DNA of 63,990 nucleotides, the filler included, from Octopus bimaculoides (taxonomy: Eukaryota): the NCBI RefSeq assembly GCF_001194135.2. It is 9 parts of 9 records of this genome, joined end to end, with 100 filler letters (N's around TTAATTAATTAA, not from the genome) between each part and the next. Parts side by side here need not be neighbours in the genome. Positions count along the whole stretch, not along the records: positions 1 to 10,291 come from NC_068983.1; positions 10,392 to 19,925 come from NC_069008.1; 7 more parts are not named here. One strand, given 5' to 3'. Both the position numbers and the translations under genes were made by a program. Shown here piece after piece: positions 1 to 12,300 of this stretch. The notes under the pieces are model-generated. The model saw only the letters and a list, made by a program, of their open reading frames with translations, ran no database searches and was not told the origin of the DNA. Each line of letters opens with the position of its first letter. Position 1 is the stretch's first letter.

Positions 1-910
1 GAATCCAGAATAGGACAGAAATACATACATGTATTAAACATGTATGTCGCATATATATGAATTATATTGTATCATACCGTGTGTGTATGTATGTGTGTTT
101 GTGTGTCTGTGTTTGTCCACCCACCATCGCTTGACAACCGATGCTGGTGTGTTTACGTCCCCGTAACCTAGCGGTTCGGCAAAAAGAGACCGATAGAATA
201 AGTACTAGGCTTACAAAGAATAAGTCCTGGGGTCGATTTTCTCGATTAAGGCGGTGCTCCAGCACGACCGCAGTCAAATGACTGAAACAAGTAAAAGAGT
301 AAAATTAACAAAACCAACTTAAATGTTTTGTTACAAAGACATACTTGTTTGTCATGATAATAGCGTTCGTTTTCTTTTCATTTTCTTTTATTTATCTTTT
401 TTTTACATACATACTTTGTCTCAGATCGTTTTGCCTTATATTTTTGCATATAATTTTTTGAAAGGAAAAGTGCTTATCTCTTTCTCTCGTGAAATCAATA
501 TTAAATATTTTAAAATAGATTATTTAAAAAAAAATAACGAGAAGTTAAACTATTTCTTACTGTTATTACATGAGTTTTCTGTTATTATTGTACTTGTGTA
601 GACCTTGATCAACTGTGATTAAGCAACCCTATGGCATTTCACTTGTGGCTATACAATGCGTCATGTTTCTTCATCCCATTTTTTTGCTTAACACGGTCGG
701 TGTGTGATTTTGGATAAGATGTATCTGTTATTTCTAGCAAGTCGCAAAACGACTTCATTTCTGGCGAAAATATTTCTGGAAATATACTTTTGGAAGGACC
801 TGAAAAATCATGAAGGTTTGAGACCGATATCTTTTCAAGTGTTAGGTGTGTGATACTTGAAATTGCATATTATACTGTATCTAGAGAAAGTCACCCCTTT
901 TTGTAATACT

Positions 911-944
<34 letters not shown>

Positions 945-2174
945 CATATATATTAATATAGATATATATGTGTATATATACAAAGGCACACAAATGTATG
1001 TATTTGTGTATGCGAATTCTATGCTTGCTAGTGTGTGTGTGTCTGTGCGTGTGTGTCAGTGTGTTTGTGTGTATGTGTGTGAGTGTGATTGGGTGCGTGC
1101 ATGTGTCTTTTCATACAGACCATGAAAAACAGGATGAATAATCCATACTCAAGCTTTAAATTAGCAAACGCTATCATACAGCAGAGAAACAAATAATTGG
1201 AATGATAATAATACAGTTTCTTGTAGGGATAGTCCGCAAGCCCTGGGGTTGGCCTGTGAGGGTTGAAGAAATCCACAAGAAATTATCACGTTAAATAAAT
1301 TTAGATAAACTTTTGAAACGTTTTAAGCTCATAGAAATACTAATTGTATAACATGTAATTTCCATTTTGTTTTGTCATTGAGAAAGAGAATGGTGTTTAG
1401 GGCGAAAATTTCATTGGTATTCTGGAGTGGATTGGAGAATCACTGCAGCAGTAGAGGTGTAATCGGCGTGGTCACATTTGAAGAGAGAACAAACACACAC
1501 TTGCTTATACATACTCTCACATGCACATGCGTACAGATTTATGTAAATATGTGAATGCGTGCGTGATAATGTTGCGTGTTGAGTGCGTGTAAATATGTGT
1601 GTGTGTGCGTGCGCGTTATGTGTGTACGTCAGTGTACATATGTGTGATGATAGTGGTGGTGGTAGTAGTGGTGGTGGTGGTGGTGGTGGTGGTGGTGGTG
1701 GTGCGTGTGTGTGTGTGTGTATGCGTGTGCGTGTGTGCGTTTGTCTGAATCCCCTGTTACATATTCGTTGAAATTTTTAGTTTTGTAAAAATGTTTATTT
1801 CTAAATTGTAAACTTATNNNNNNNNNNNNNNNNNNNNNNNNNNNNNNNNNNNNNNNNNNNNNNNNNNNNNNNNNNNNNNNNNNNNNNNNNNNNNNNNNNN
1901 NNNNNNNNNNNNNNNNNNNNNNNNNNNNNNNNNNNNNNNNNNNNNNNNNNNNNNNNNNNNNNNNNNNNNNNNNNNNNNNNNNNNNNNNNNNNNNNNNNNN
2001 NNNNNNNNNNNNNNNNNNNNNNNNNNNNNNNNNNNNNNNNNNNNNNNNNNNNNNNNNNNNNNNTATTGAAACGCATTATTATTCTGATAGAAGAAAGCAA
2101 TTTCGTTATAACTGCCACAAAAGGTGTATTTTCTGTCACGAAAATGTATTTTAAAAAAATGTCAGCTGGAGGAG

Positions 2175-2270
2175 GGAGAGATTGCTGGAGGTTGGCAAGA
2201 GAGTTTTTCGGAGGTTGGCGAGAAAGATTGTCGGAGGTTGGTGAGAGAGGTTGTCGGAGGTTGTCGAGAG
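2175..2270. repeat. Degenerate tandem of about 23 bp (GAGAGxTTGTCGGAGGTTGG), about 4 units
   Basis: GGAGGTTG recurs 4 times at about 23-bp spacing and accounts for the ORFs on both strands here. Confidence 0.7.
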
Positions 2271-2762
2271 GCAAAGACATTATTCTGCCTAGCGAATGCA
2301 TCTGGGAAATTTATAACTGCTGTCATTCACAGAAAAACTATTGTTTTACCGTGAGAAAAGCACTGTTGAAGTGTTAAGTGAAATTTGGCAATCGAGGACC
2401 GAATACATGCTATACCTGCATGAAGCCACTACAAATACGTTGTGGAATGAAAAGATTTTGTCTACTGTCATGGAAAAAGTGTAACTGTAAAAATGCAGAA
2501 TTATCGGAGTAATGGGTATTCAAAAAAGTATGTATGTATAGAAATGTATGAATGAAGTCTTTAAGGAAGTGCAATAATAATGTTTAGCAGTTCAAAACTG
2601 TGAGTAATGAAATGCAGAATTATGTCGGCTGATCGTGAGAATCAAATATTCATCACTTTGTTAAAATCTGCAGACGGTATGGGTTATTTCCTTTGGGTTG
2701 TTTAAATGAAATATTAGTAATATGTAGTAAATAGAAGGATCCATTGGAAGGGTCCTATTATC

Positions 2763-3106
2763 GATTTTTTTCAACAATCTAAGTATGTAACGAGATTTCC
2801 AGACATGAGTTCTACTCACGTGTCAAATAAAATATAAAAGTGATATTATCTGCAAAAATTAGAAATAGAACACACAAAAAAATCAATATTGAAAGTAATG
2901 GAACATAAACAATGAAATGGGTTATTTCCCTTGAGTGTTTAGAAAATATTGTACAGATGCTATGGGTTATTTACCCTTGGGTAATTGAAAAAAAATAGTT
3001 ATATGAGGTAGATATAAAGGTCTCTTCGAGGGACCGTAATATAGATTTTTTCAACAATCTAAGTATGTTACGAGGTTTCCAGACATATGTTCTACTCACG
3101 TGTCAA
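2763..3106. repeat. 63-bp direct repeat pair within a probable non-autonomous DNA element
   Basis: GATTTTTTCAACAATCTAAGTATGT.ACGAG.TTTCCAGACAT...TTCTACTCACGTGTCAA at about 2763-2826 and 3044-3106. ATGGGTTATTT.CC also recurs three times nearby. Confidence 0.7.
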
Positions 3107-5010
3107 GTTTCAGCAAAATCAATGAAACATATGTCTATGGCATTCACAGATCGATGAGATTGATTCCAGTAACATTATATCGATATTGACTTCAATTCAA
3201 TGGCTGCAGGAAAGTGATGTACTGGGTAGTGGGACGCTTTTCTGAGAAAGGTAGTATTGGGTACAGAGATTGTATGGGATTCAGGAAGGGGCCTGACGCG
3301 TTTTCTATAATCCCATATTTGTTGTGGTTAGAATCTTCGTTGCTTCGGTGAAAATGCTTAGCGGTATTTCTTTCAGCTCTTTACGTTCTGAGTTCATATT
3401 GCGCTGAAATTACCTTTGCCATTCATCCTTTCGGGGGTTCGATAAAATAAAGTACCAGTCAAGCACTAGGGTAGATGTATAGGATTTAATGAAGAGAGAA
3501 GTGATGACTGAGCCGGGAGCAGCTGAATGGATTTGGCACTGGAAGAATCAACCCCGAGGGACAATGTCCATGGTCACAGTAGTAGCGGTAGAAAAGGCAA
3601 AGAGGGGAAACAGCTCGTTTGTAGGTCAGTGGTTAGGGTAGTGTTTCCCAATCTATTTTCCCCCAGGCTTCACTATAACTTTCCAGAAAAAACACATGCT
3701 TCACGGTGGTTGGGAAAAAACAACTTTATTTTTAATATTTCATAATTACATACTTTCCTTAAAGAAATATCCATACTAGGGCATTAGAATTGCACTATAC
3801 TGTAGCGAACTGTTTTCACACAGTATGCTTGACTGAAAGGATTGGTTTGGCTAGGCTGAGTATAGGTGTTGTATGTTGGCTGTAAAGAAAAGATTTTCAC
3901 AATTCCATGTTCCACTATAAAAATCATTGAAAAATGTTGGATCCCAGGCCCCATCATAATCTTCCCATGTTCCACGTTGGAAGTCACTACGTTAGAGTGT
4001 GTTTGTGAGTCAGTCAGTCAGATGGTCTTGTTTAAGTGATTTAGAAAGTTTCTGTGTGTAACAGCAGCGTCTGCGAGACGTGAAAGTTGTACTGCATTGT
4101 AAGTATTACTTGAGCTTTGATATGGTTTCATAGTTGTTGGTAGAAGTAGCGTTTGGTTTTGAAAAGGAGATACAGTTTTCGTTATGTTGAACATATGCGC
4201 TGGTGTTTGAAGCGATCTTAAGATTTCTAGTTGCGTAGTGTACAGCTTAAGGATCGGGTAGGGAATGGTAATATTTTCTTGATATATGCAGTAATTGCAC
4301 ATCTTTTGTTGCTGCTGAAGGACAAAAAGGGTTTATATCACTCCAATTAACATTGATTTCAAGAACAGAATACTTTCGAGGATTATATTCTGGTAATCAA
4401 TGCTGATTTGGCGTAAGGTGTCTAAATTGAGCGAGAATGACAAATAGGATAGGAATAGAAGCACTCTGCCTTAAAACGTACAAAGTATGGATTCTCGATG
4501 AGGAAAACATCAGTATGACAGAGAAATTTCCGATGGGATTGTATCCGGTTTAAAAGACCCAACACCCAAAATTCTTAAGAGTTCTTTAACATAAGACAAG
4601 TAATGGTATCCACCACGAACCGCAAGTAGTTTGTCTTCTTCCTGCCCCAGCAAGAGCAGAATTACATATGCATTTATTTGTATTTGTTTTGTGTGTAATA
4701 CTTTTAATATATATTCTGCTTTATTGTTGCCCTGCTTGCAGGTTACACACACACACACATACACACCAAGCCCCACTGCTTTGCAATCATTTTCACCTGA
4801 CACGTTTGGTATAATCCCATATCTGTTGTTGCCAGAATCTTTGGTGCGTCGGCGAAAATTTTTGTCGGCACTTCTTCAAGCTCTTTATGTTCTGAGTTCA
4901 AATTCCACCGACATCGACTTTGCCTTTCATCCTTTGCAAGGCGATAAAACAATCGACTTACTCTGCGCACCATTACTGTTGCTGGCACTGTGCCAAAATT
5001 TGAAACTATC

Positions 5011-5065
5011 ACTATTATTATTATTATTATTATTATTATTGTTGTTGTTGTTGTTGTCGTCGTCG

Positions 5066-5143
<78 letters not shown>
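5011..5143. repeat. Compound trinucleotide microsatellite (ATT)(GTT)(GTC)(ATC)(ATT)
   Basis: Read directly. Representative of dozens of di-, tri- and tetranucleotide arrays (CA, TA, CT, ATT, TAG, CATA) across the window. Confidence 0.95.
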
Positions 5144-5413
5144 GCGGAGTCGAGTTGGAAAAATTGTTAGCACCCCGGGCAAAGCGCTTAGCAGCATTTC
5201 GTCCGTTCGTACGTTCTGAGTTCAAATTCCACCGAGGTCGTGCCTTTCATCNNNNNNNNNNNNNNNNNNNNNNNNNNNNNNNNNNNNNNNNNNNNNNNNN
5301 NNNNNNNNNNNNNGGGTCGATGAAATAAGTACCAGTTACGCACTGGAGTCAATGTAATCGACTTAATCCCTTTGTTTGTCCTTGTTTGCCCCCTGTGGGC
5401 AATAAAGAAATAA

Positions 5414-5467
<54 letters not shown>

Positions 5468-5486
5468 GTTATTATTATTAGTAGTA

Positions 5487-5518
<32 letters not shown>

Positions 5519-5755
5519 TCTGCCAGCTTGCCGCTGGCAGTTAATGCGGCGAGCAGCAGAATCGTTAGCACGCTGGGCAAAATACTTAGAGGTATTTCGT
5601 CTGCCGATAATTTCTGAGTTCAAGTTCCGCCGATGTACACTTTGCCTTTCATCCTTTCGGGGTCGATTAAATAAGTACCAGTTGCGTACTGGAGTCGATC
5701 TAATCGACTGGCTCTCTCCCCCAAAATTTCAGGCCTTGTGCCTATAATAGAAAGG

Positions 5756-5811
<56 letters not shown>

Positions 5812-7509
5812 GGCGGCTAGCTGGCAGGAAGGCTAGCACGTCGAACAAAATGCTTAGCGGCATTTTGTTCGTCTTTACGTTCTGAATTCAAATTCCATTG
5901 AGGTTGATTTTGCCTTTCAACATTTACAGGTCGATAAAATAAGTACCGGTCGAGTAATGGGTCGATGCAATCGACTAACACACTCCCCCGAAATTTCTGG
6001 ACTCTAACCAAAAGTTTGAAACCGATATTACATACATGAGATGTATAATAACTACAGACATTTTTAAAGATCATACTTGGAAATTTTTAATCTCTTAATA
6101 GGCAAAATTTAAAGAAGACATTTATAAGTTGTCGGATTTTAAGAGAGAAGATATCATTTCTGAAAAATTTGCCATACTAGAAACAACATGCAGTCTTGTA
6201 TGGACAGGCGTTGCACTAAACAAACACGATGGGAATTTGAAGGAGTTGTTCCGTCATAAATGTTCTTTATACTCAATGCTTTCCTTTCTAATGGGATTCC
6301 TGCACTAACTCACATTATCTGGTATGTATTAATGAAATTACTCCAAGTCAATGATATGATTGAAAAGGAGGAGTTACTGGCACCAGATTTTATTAGTTCA
6401 TTATTATTGATGGTGGAGATTATCGGTTAATTATGTATCAGTTTATTATTAGTTCAGATTATCAGTTCATTATTATTAATGGTGGAAAACTGATTCACAG
6501 TCTAGCTTCAGCTTGAATTATACTACTTCTTGTGAAGGATATCTTCAACTGTCATGGAAATATACTGATGCGCAAAAACATGCTCAAAGTGGAAATGAAA
6601 AAATAAATAAATGAATAAAATTGAGATGTAACATCTGTTTTCAAGTCGACTAACAGTGCATAGCATTTCTAGGTTCTTCACAAATTTTGAATCCTTTGTA
6701 TAGTTTATAAAAGTATAAATGTATCCGAAATTGCGAGGAAGTGACCCATGTACTGTGGTCTCGAAGCCACCTTCTGAGGTACAACTGAAATGTGACACGC
6801 TGGTCCAGGCGACGAAACTGCAACAGACTGCCGGCAGCCTACATATTGTTTGAGTTGCGCCTCCATAGCCAGTTTGTGGCATTGCCCTCTTCAGTCAGTT
6901 TAGCTGTTGAGATGATAAACCTTCATCTACCTGTTCTGCTGTTGGGGAATGTGTGTGTGTGTGTGTGTGTGTGTGCGTGCGTGTTGCGTGTGTAATAATT
7001 TCTGCATGTAATATATTAACTTGTTGAAAGGCGGCGAGCTGGCAGAATTGTTAGCACGGCATTTCGTCCTTTTTTACGTTCTGAGTTCAAATTCCGCCGA
7101 GGTCGCCTTTGCCTTTCATTCTTTCGGGGGGTCGATAAAATAATTACCAGTTAAATACTGGGGTCGATGTAATCGACTTATCTCCCTCGCCGAAACTGCT
7201 GGTCTTGTACCAAAAATTCGAAATCAATATATTAACTCTTTGTCATTAAGTTGTTTTGAATTATTACTTAAATAATCTGTAGATATAAATTTACACTGTT
7301 ATCATAAACACAGTTCGGAGCTAAGAGATAACGATAATTTTAATTTCGATTGTTTTCATTTGAAAGTAAATGGCTGAAACATTAAAACGTTTTGAATATT
7401 GTTACTTTCCTCAAAAACTTAGACTCATGCTTCCTCCCATTTGTTAGGCTGCACATGTCTTCTGTTTGATGGGATCACTGTCCAGTCAGACCGAAGACAT
7501 ACTTTAGAT

Positions 7510-7740
7510 CAGCGGTTCGCAACCAATTTTGCCTATGAGTCCCTTTGATTCCTATTTTACTCTACTGGACCCTAATAGCCATTTCATGTTTAAAAAGGTC
7601 CCATTATATTTTTATAATTAATTATTATTAGGAATTATATTTAAAAAATTGATATTTTGTGCATTGCAGAAATATAACCAATTTATTGCACATAATTTTT
7701 AACTGCAAAATCTCATGTGAACCCCGGTTGAGAACCACTG
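7510..7740. mobile_element. hAT (Charlie-like) MITE
   Basis: TIRs CAGCGGTTCGCAACC and GGTTGAGAACCACTG. The 8-bp flanks CTTTAGAT and CTCTAGGT match at 6/8 and fit the NTCTAGAN preference. Confidence 0.8.
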
Positions 7741-9591
7741 CTCTAGGTGCTTTTAAAATATAAAATAGAAAAATAAATGTTTATATAGATTTGAAATGAC
7801 TACTGGTGGTCAGGATATCCCAACAAGCTCTTAATATCTTTGTTTCTTTTCTTATGTGCGTGTATGCATGGTTGTATAGGTATGTATAGGTATGACTTCG
7901 AACTGCATCGGGAGTGGGCACTTGTACGGGAGCTCCAGACTTTTGAAGAATGTGGAACCATCTCTTAGCCACTACTATTCCCAGGTCGACTTTGATCCAA
8001 ATAACTAACATCTGTTGGAGCCTCAGCTAAGGTTTGATTAGTATGTGAACCACAGGGAGTGAAACACCTCCAAGTTCTTGAAAATATTTCTTTCTAGAAG
8101 GTAATTCGTATAAAAAAGTCTGAAGTGCAGTTGTTTGCTGATCGTCTCAACCTCTGTTGTGCCACTGGCTGTATAAGTGATTGGGCTGAAAAGTAGATTC
8201 AGTGCTGTGCAACGCTTTATCCACTCAAAACAAATTCATACACAGGAATTTCTTCGCAACGTTTGCACAAGCTTAGTGATTTGACTTCCATCCTGTATGT
8301 ATGTATGTATGTATGTATGTATGTATGTATGTATGCCTCTTCAATTTTTTTAATTATAAATCTTCATCTGAAGAGGGAGCCAATTTCCAACAAAGATACA
8401 AGGCTCCGTGTATGTATGTATGTATGTATGTATGTATGTCACCCCCCCACCTGACCAAGGAAGCCTGACAGGTCGCGACTAAACCGGCATTCTGTCAATC
8501 CTGTTTGGTAAGGAGGGATGGTTTTCACCGGACACTCAACTGGCAGAAACATGACTTTCAGTGATGAAGATTAGTTCTTCCTTTTGGTCAAATGCATACA
8601 TTTTCTAGAGAGTGGGGTTGGCTCAGTGCAAGGCCCTTCTTTCTTTCAAAATGCTTGAGGCACACGTATCGCTTTATTTTCAACACCTCTATATTAACGT
8701 TGTCAATCTACTGATGGCTTATTTATACTGGTTGCGGACCAGCATGTCTTCTCTAGCCGATTCACATGCTTAACTCTGAACATCTGCATCTTAGAGGAAT
8801 TTTAACTCGGTACACAACGAAACATAACAGGTGACAATACATATCCCATCCGACACTCAAACAGTTCTGTTAATCTATCTCGCTGAGTTAGGTACCATAT
8901 CTATCAACCCTGATAGAATGAAAAGCAAAGTTAACCATGGCGGAATTTGGGTTCAAAATTCATAGATAAAGGAATACACCAAAGCAATCTGTCCCGTCAA
9001 TTTATAGAGTTATACATTGTATAGAATTCCTGAGACCTTTTTAATATACCAATAATTTTTAAAGTGTTATTATATGTATATATGCATCTGTATATATATA
9101 TATATATATNNNNNNNNNNNNNNNNNNNNNNNNNNNNNNNNNNNNNNNNNNNNNNNNNNNNNNNNNNNNNNNNNNNNNNNNNNNNNNNNNNNNNNNNNNN
9201 NNNNNNNNNNNNNNNNNNNNNNNNNNNNNNNNNNNNNNNNNNNNNNNNNNNNNNNNNNNNNNNNNNNNNNNNNNNNNNNNNNNNNNNNNNNNNNNNNNNN
9301 NNNNNNNNNNNNNNNNNNNNNNNNNNNNNNNNNNNNNNNNNNNNNNNNNNNNNNNNNNNNNNNNNNNNNNNNNNNNNNNNNNNNNNNNNNNNNNNNNNNN
9401 NNNNNNNNNNNNNNNNNNNNNNNNNNNNNNNNNNNNNNNNNNNNNNNNNNNNNNNNNNNNNNNNNNNNNNNNNNNNNNNNNNNNNNNNNNNNNNNNNNNN
9501 NNNNNNNNNNNNNNNNNNNNNNNNNNNNNNNNNNNNNNNNNNNNNNNNNNNNNNNNNNNNNNNNNNNNNNNNNNNNNNNNNNCACACACAC

Positions 9592-9632
<41 letters not shown>

Positions 9633-9866
9633 CAGCTATTCAGACTTTGGGTGTACACATAGCAGTATGCTGATTAAAGCGCTCTCACTGTTTAAGCTAA
9701 GTGATGTCATCCACAGTTTTAATATACGTGTCACTGGATCTACCTTAGGAATTCCACACTGTTCGTTGAGTTTATAATTAATGAGAGAAAAGGAAAATGG
9801 GAATCATGAGAATCTTTGTAAAGATTCTCATAAATTCCATTTCCCGTTTCAAACATCCGCCATATG

Positions 9867-9900
<34 letters not shown>

Positions 9901-9923
9901 TGTATGTATGTATGTATGTATAT

Positions 9924-10010
<87 letters not shown>

Positions 10011-10217
10011 CACAAACAATTATAAATAAGGGCATAAGAAATAAATTTTTCTTTTGCCCTTATTTATAATTGTTTATAATTTTCACCTTAAAGGTACTTT
10101 AATATGCTGGCCACTGATGAGATTTTGTCGAAAAATTTTATCTTTATTTTAGATACATACATAGATACATAAATACATACACGCATACATATATACACAT
10201 ATACATACATACATGCA

Positions 10218-10263
<46 letters not shown>

Positions 10264-10291
10264 CGTATGTGTATATTTATATATATATATA

Positions 10292-10391
10292 NNNNNNNNN
10301 NNNNNNNNNNNNNNNNNNNNNNNNNNNNNNNNNNNTTAATTAATTAANNNNNNNNNNNNNNNNNNNNNNNNNNNNNNNNNNNNNNNNNNNN
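10292..10391. other. Artificial assembly spacer 44N-TTAATTAATTAA-44N (1 of 8)
   Basis: The same 12-mer sits inside exactly 100-bp spacers at 10336, 19970, 29402, 45659, 53895, 58668, 60733 and 62921. TTAATTAATTAA places stops in all six frames, as contig-joining linkers do. Confidence 0.95.
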
Positions 10392-10436
<45 letters not shown>

Positions 10437-11851
10437 ACGGGCTTCTTTTAGTTTTTGTCTACCAAATCCACTTAGTTGGGCTTTGGTCAGCCCGAGGCTT
10501 TAGTAAAAGGTACTTGCGCAAGGTGCTTTACAGTGAGACTGTACCCAGAACCATGTGGTTGGTGAGCAAGCTTCTACCACTCAGACATGATATCTAACTT
10601 ATGCTGGTATGACATATATGTCAGGTGTTACAGGAGACATAATAGTCCTAGAAAACCTTTGTGCAGGTAAACACCTGTCTGCTCAGTGAAGACTAACTTT
10701 AGGTTACGTAACAACAGGCGCAGACGTACACAGACATATACACGTAAATGCAGAAACACTAACACACACACACACGTACAAGTATCAACGCAGTGATTAA
10801 TAGGACAGCGTGTAGAAGTGGTGGCAAACCTTGATAACCTACACTTGTAGACACGCACACACACACACACACACACACAAAGTGTGTAGGTGTGTGTGTG
10901 TGTGTATGCCAGAAACGCCACCTACATATATACAGACATACACATATATATATATACATACATACATNNNNNNNNNNNNNNNNNNNNNNNNNNNNNNNNN
11001 NNNNNNNNNNNNNNNNNNNNNNNNNNNNNNNNNNNNNNNNNNNNNNNNNNNNNNNNNNNNNNNNNNNNNNNNNNNNNNNNNNNNNNNNNNNNNNNNNNNN
11101 NNNNNNNNNNNNNNNNNNNNNNNNNNNNNNNNNNNNNNNNNNNNNNNNNNNNNNNNNNNNNNNNNNNNNNNNNNNNNNNNNNNNNNNNNNNNNNNNNNNN
11201 NNNNNNNNNNNNNNNNNNNNNNNNNNNNNNNNNNNNNNNNNNNNNNNNNNNNNNNNNNNNNNNNNNNNNNNNNNNNNNNNNNNNNNNNNNNNNNNNNNNN
11301 NNNNNNNNNNNNNNNNNNNNNNNNNNNNNNNNNNNNNNNNNNNNNNNNNNNNNNNNNNNNNNACATATAAACACATACATATATATATACATATAAACAC
11401 ATACATATATATATACATATAAACACATACATATATATATACATATAAACACATACATATATATATACATATAAACATACATATATATACACATAAACAC
11501 ATACATATATAAACACATAAACACATATATATACATATATAGACATACACATACTTATATATATATAGACACCTGTTGTATGCATTTGTATTTGTGTACC
11601 ATTTCTCCATTTTTTTCCGTCCTTGTTTTCGTATACATTTGCTGGTGCCTTAGCTCTTAGCTTACGTTTTCCTTGGGGCTGGCCAGATTGGCACAGTCTC
11701 GAGTGAAACCAGCTGAAACTGCAAAGATAATCCGGAACTCAACTGAAGAAAGAAAACTCTGAATGGCCCGTCCTTGTTTTTTCTTGTCTCTTTTTGATTC
11801 ATCTGTCTGGATGTCTTGTCGCCTGTTGCATTCTTGTCCCATTTTTTGTAT

Positions 11852-11890
<39 letters not shown>

Positions 11891-12044
11891 TACATACATA
11901 TAATACACATACATACACAAATATACATACAAATATATATACACACATATAGATACAAATATATATATACACATACATACATACGTTTGGTGATGCAAAT
12001 AGGAAAATATAACTTAAAACAAGAATGTTTGTGTGTGTGTATAT

Positions 12045-12300
12045 CATCATCATCATTTAACATCCGCTTTCCATGCTAGCATGGGTTGGACGAACTGGCG
12101 AACCAGATGGCTGCACCAGACTCCAATCTTATCTGGCAGAATTTCTACAGCTGGATGCCCTTCCTAACGCCAACCACTCCGAGAATGTAGCGGGTGCTTT
12201 TACGTGCCACTGGCACGAGGGCCAGCCAGGCGGTACTGGCAACAACCTCACTCGAATGTTTTCTAACGTGCCAGTAAGGCGACGCTGGTAACGATCACGC
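12045..12300 (-). mobile_element. Third interspersed family: (ATG)n-tailed retroposon 3' end
   Basis: CATCATCATTTAAC.TCCGCTTTCCATGCT.GCATGGGTTGGACG...GGATGCCCTTCCTAA.GCCAACCAC recurs at about 24910-25110, 25545-25650 and 27110-27270. Confidence 0.7.

Noticed and set aside
2066-2377. 103-aa ORF and the opposite-strand 166-aa ORF
   Set aside because: Explained by a degenerate 23-bp tandem repeat and an adjacent N gap.
4631-5747. Poly-L/I/M/T/N ORFs on both strands
   Set aside because: Trinucleotide microsatellites joined to SINE sequence.
7900-8200. Possible RT remnant (PQG...VQLFADR)
   Set aside because: Only two short motif echoes in broken frames; too weak to call.
10114-10140. CTGATGA-GATTTTGTC-GAAA hammerhead core
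   Set aside because: Core and a 2-bp helix II are present, but there is no complementary helix I strand after a cleavage triplet; a relic at best.
10336-10347. Recurrent TTAATTAATTAA as a possible biological motif or repeat
   Set aside because: Always centred in exactly 44 N + 44 N; it is an assembly linker.
11743-11772. CTGAAGA...GAAT...GTC hammerhead-like string (also CTGATGA at 12384 and 25180)
   Set aside because: The GAAA core is broken or absent and the helices do not close.
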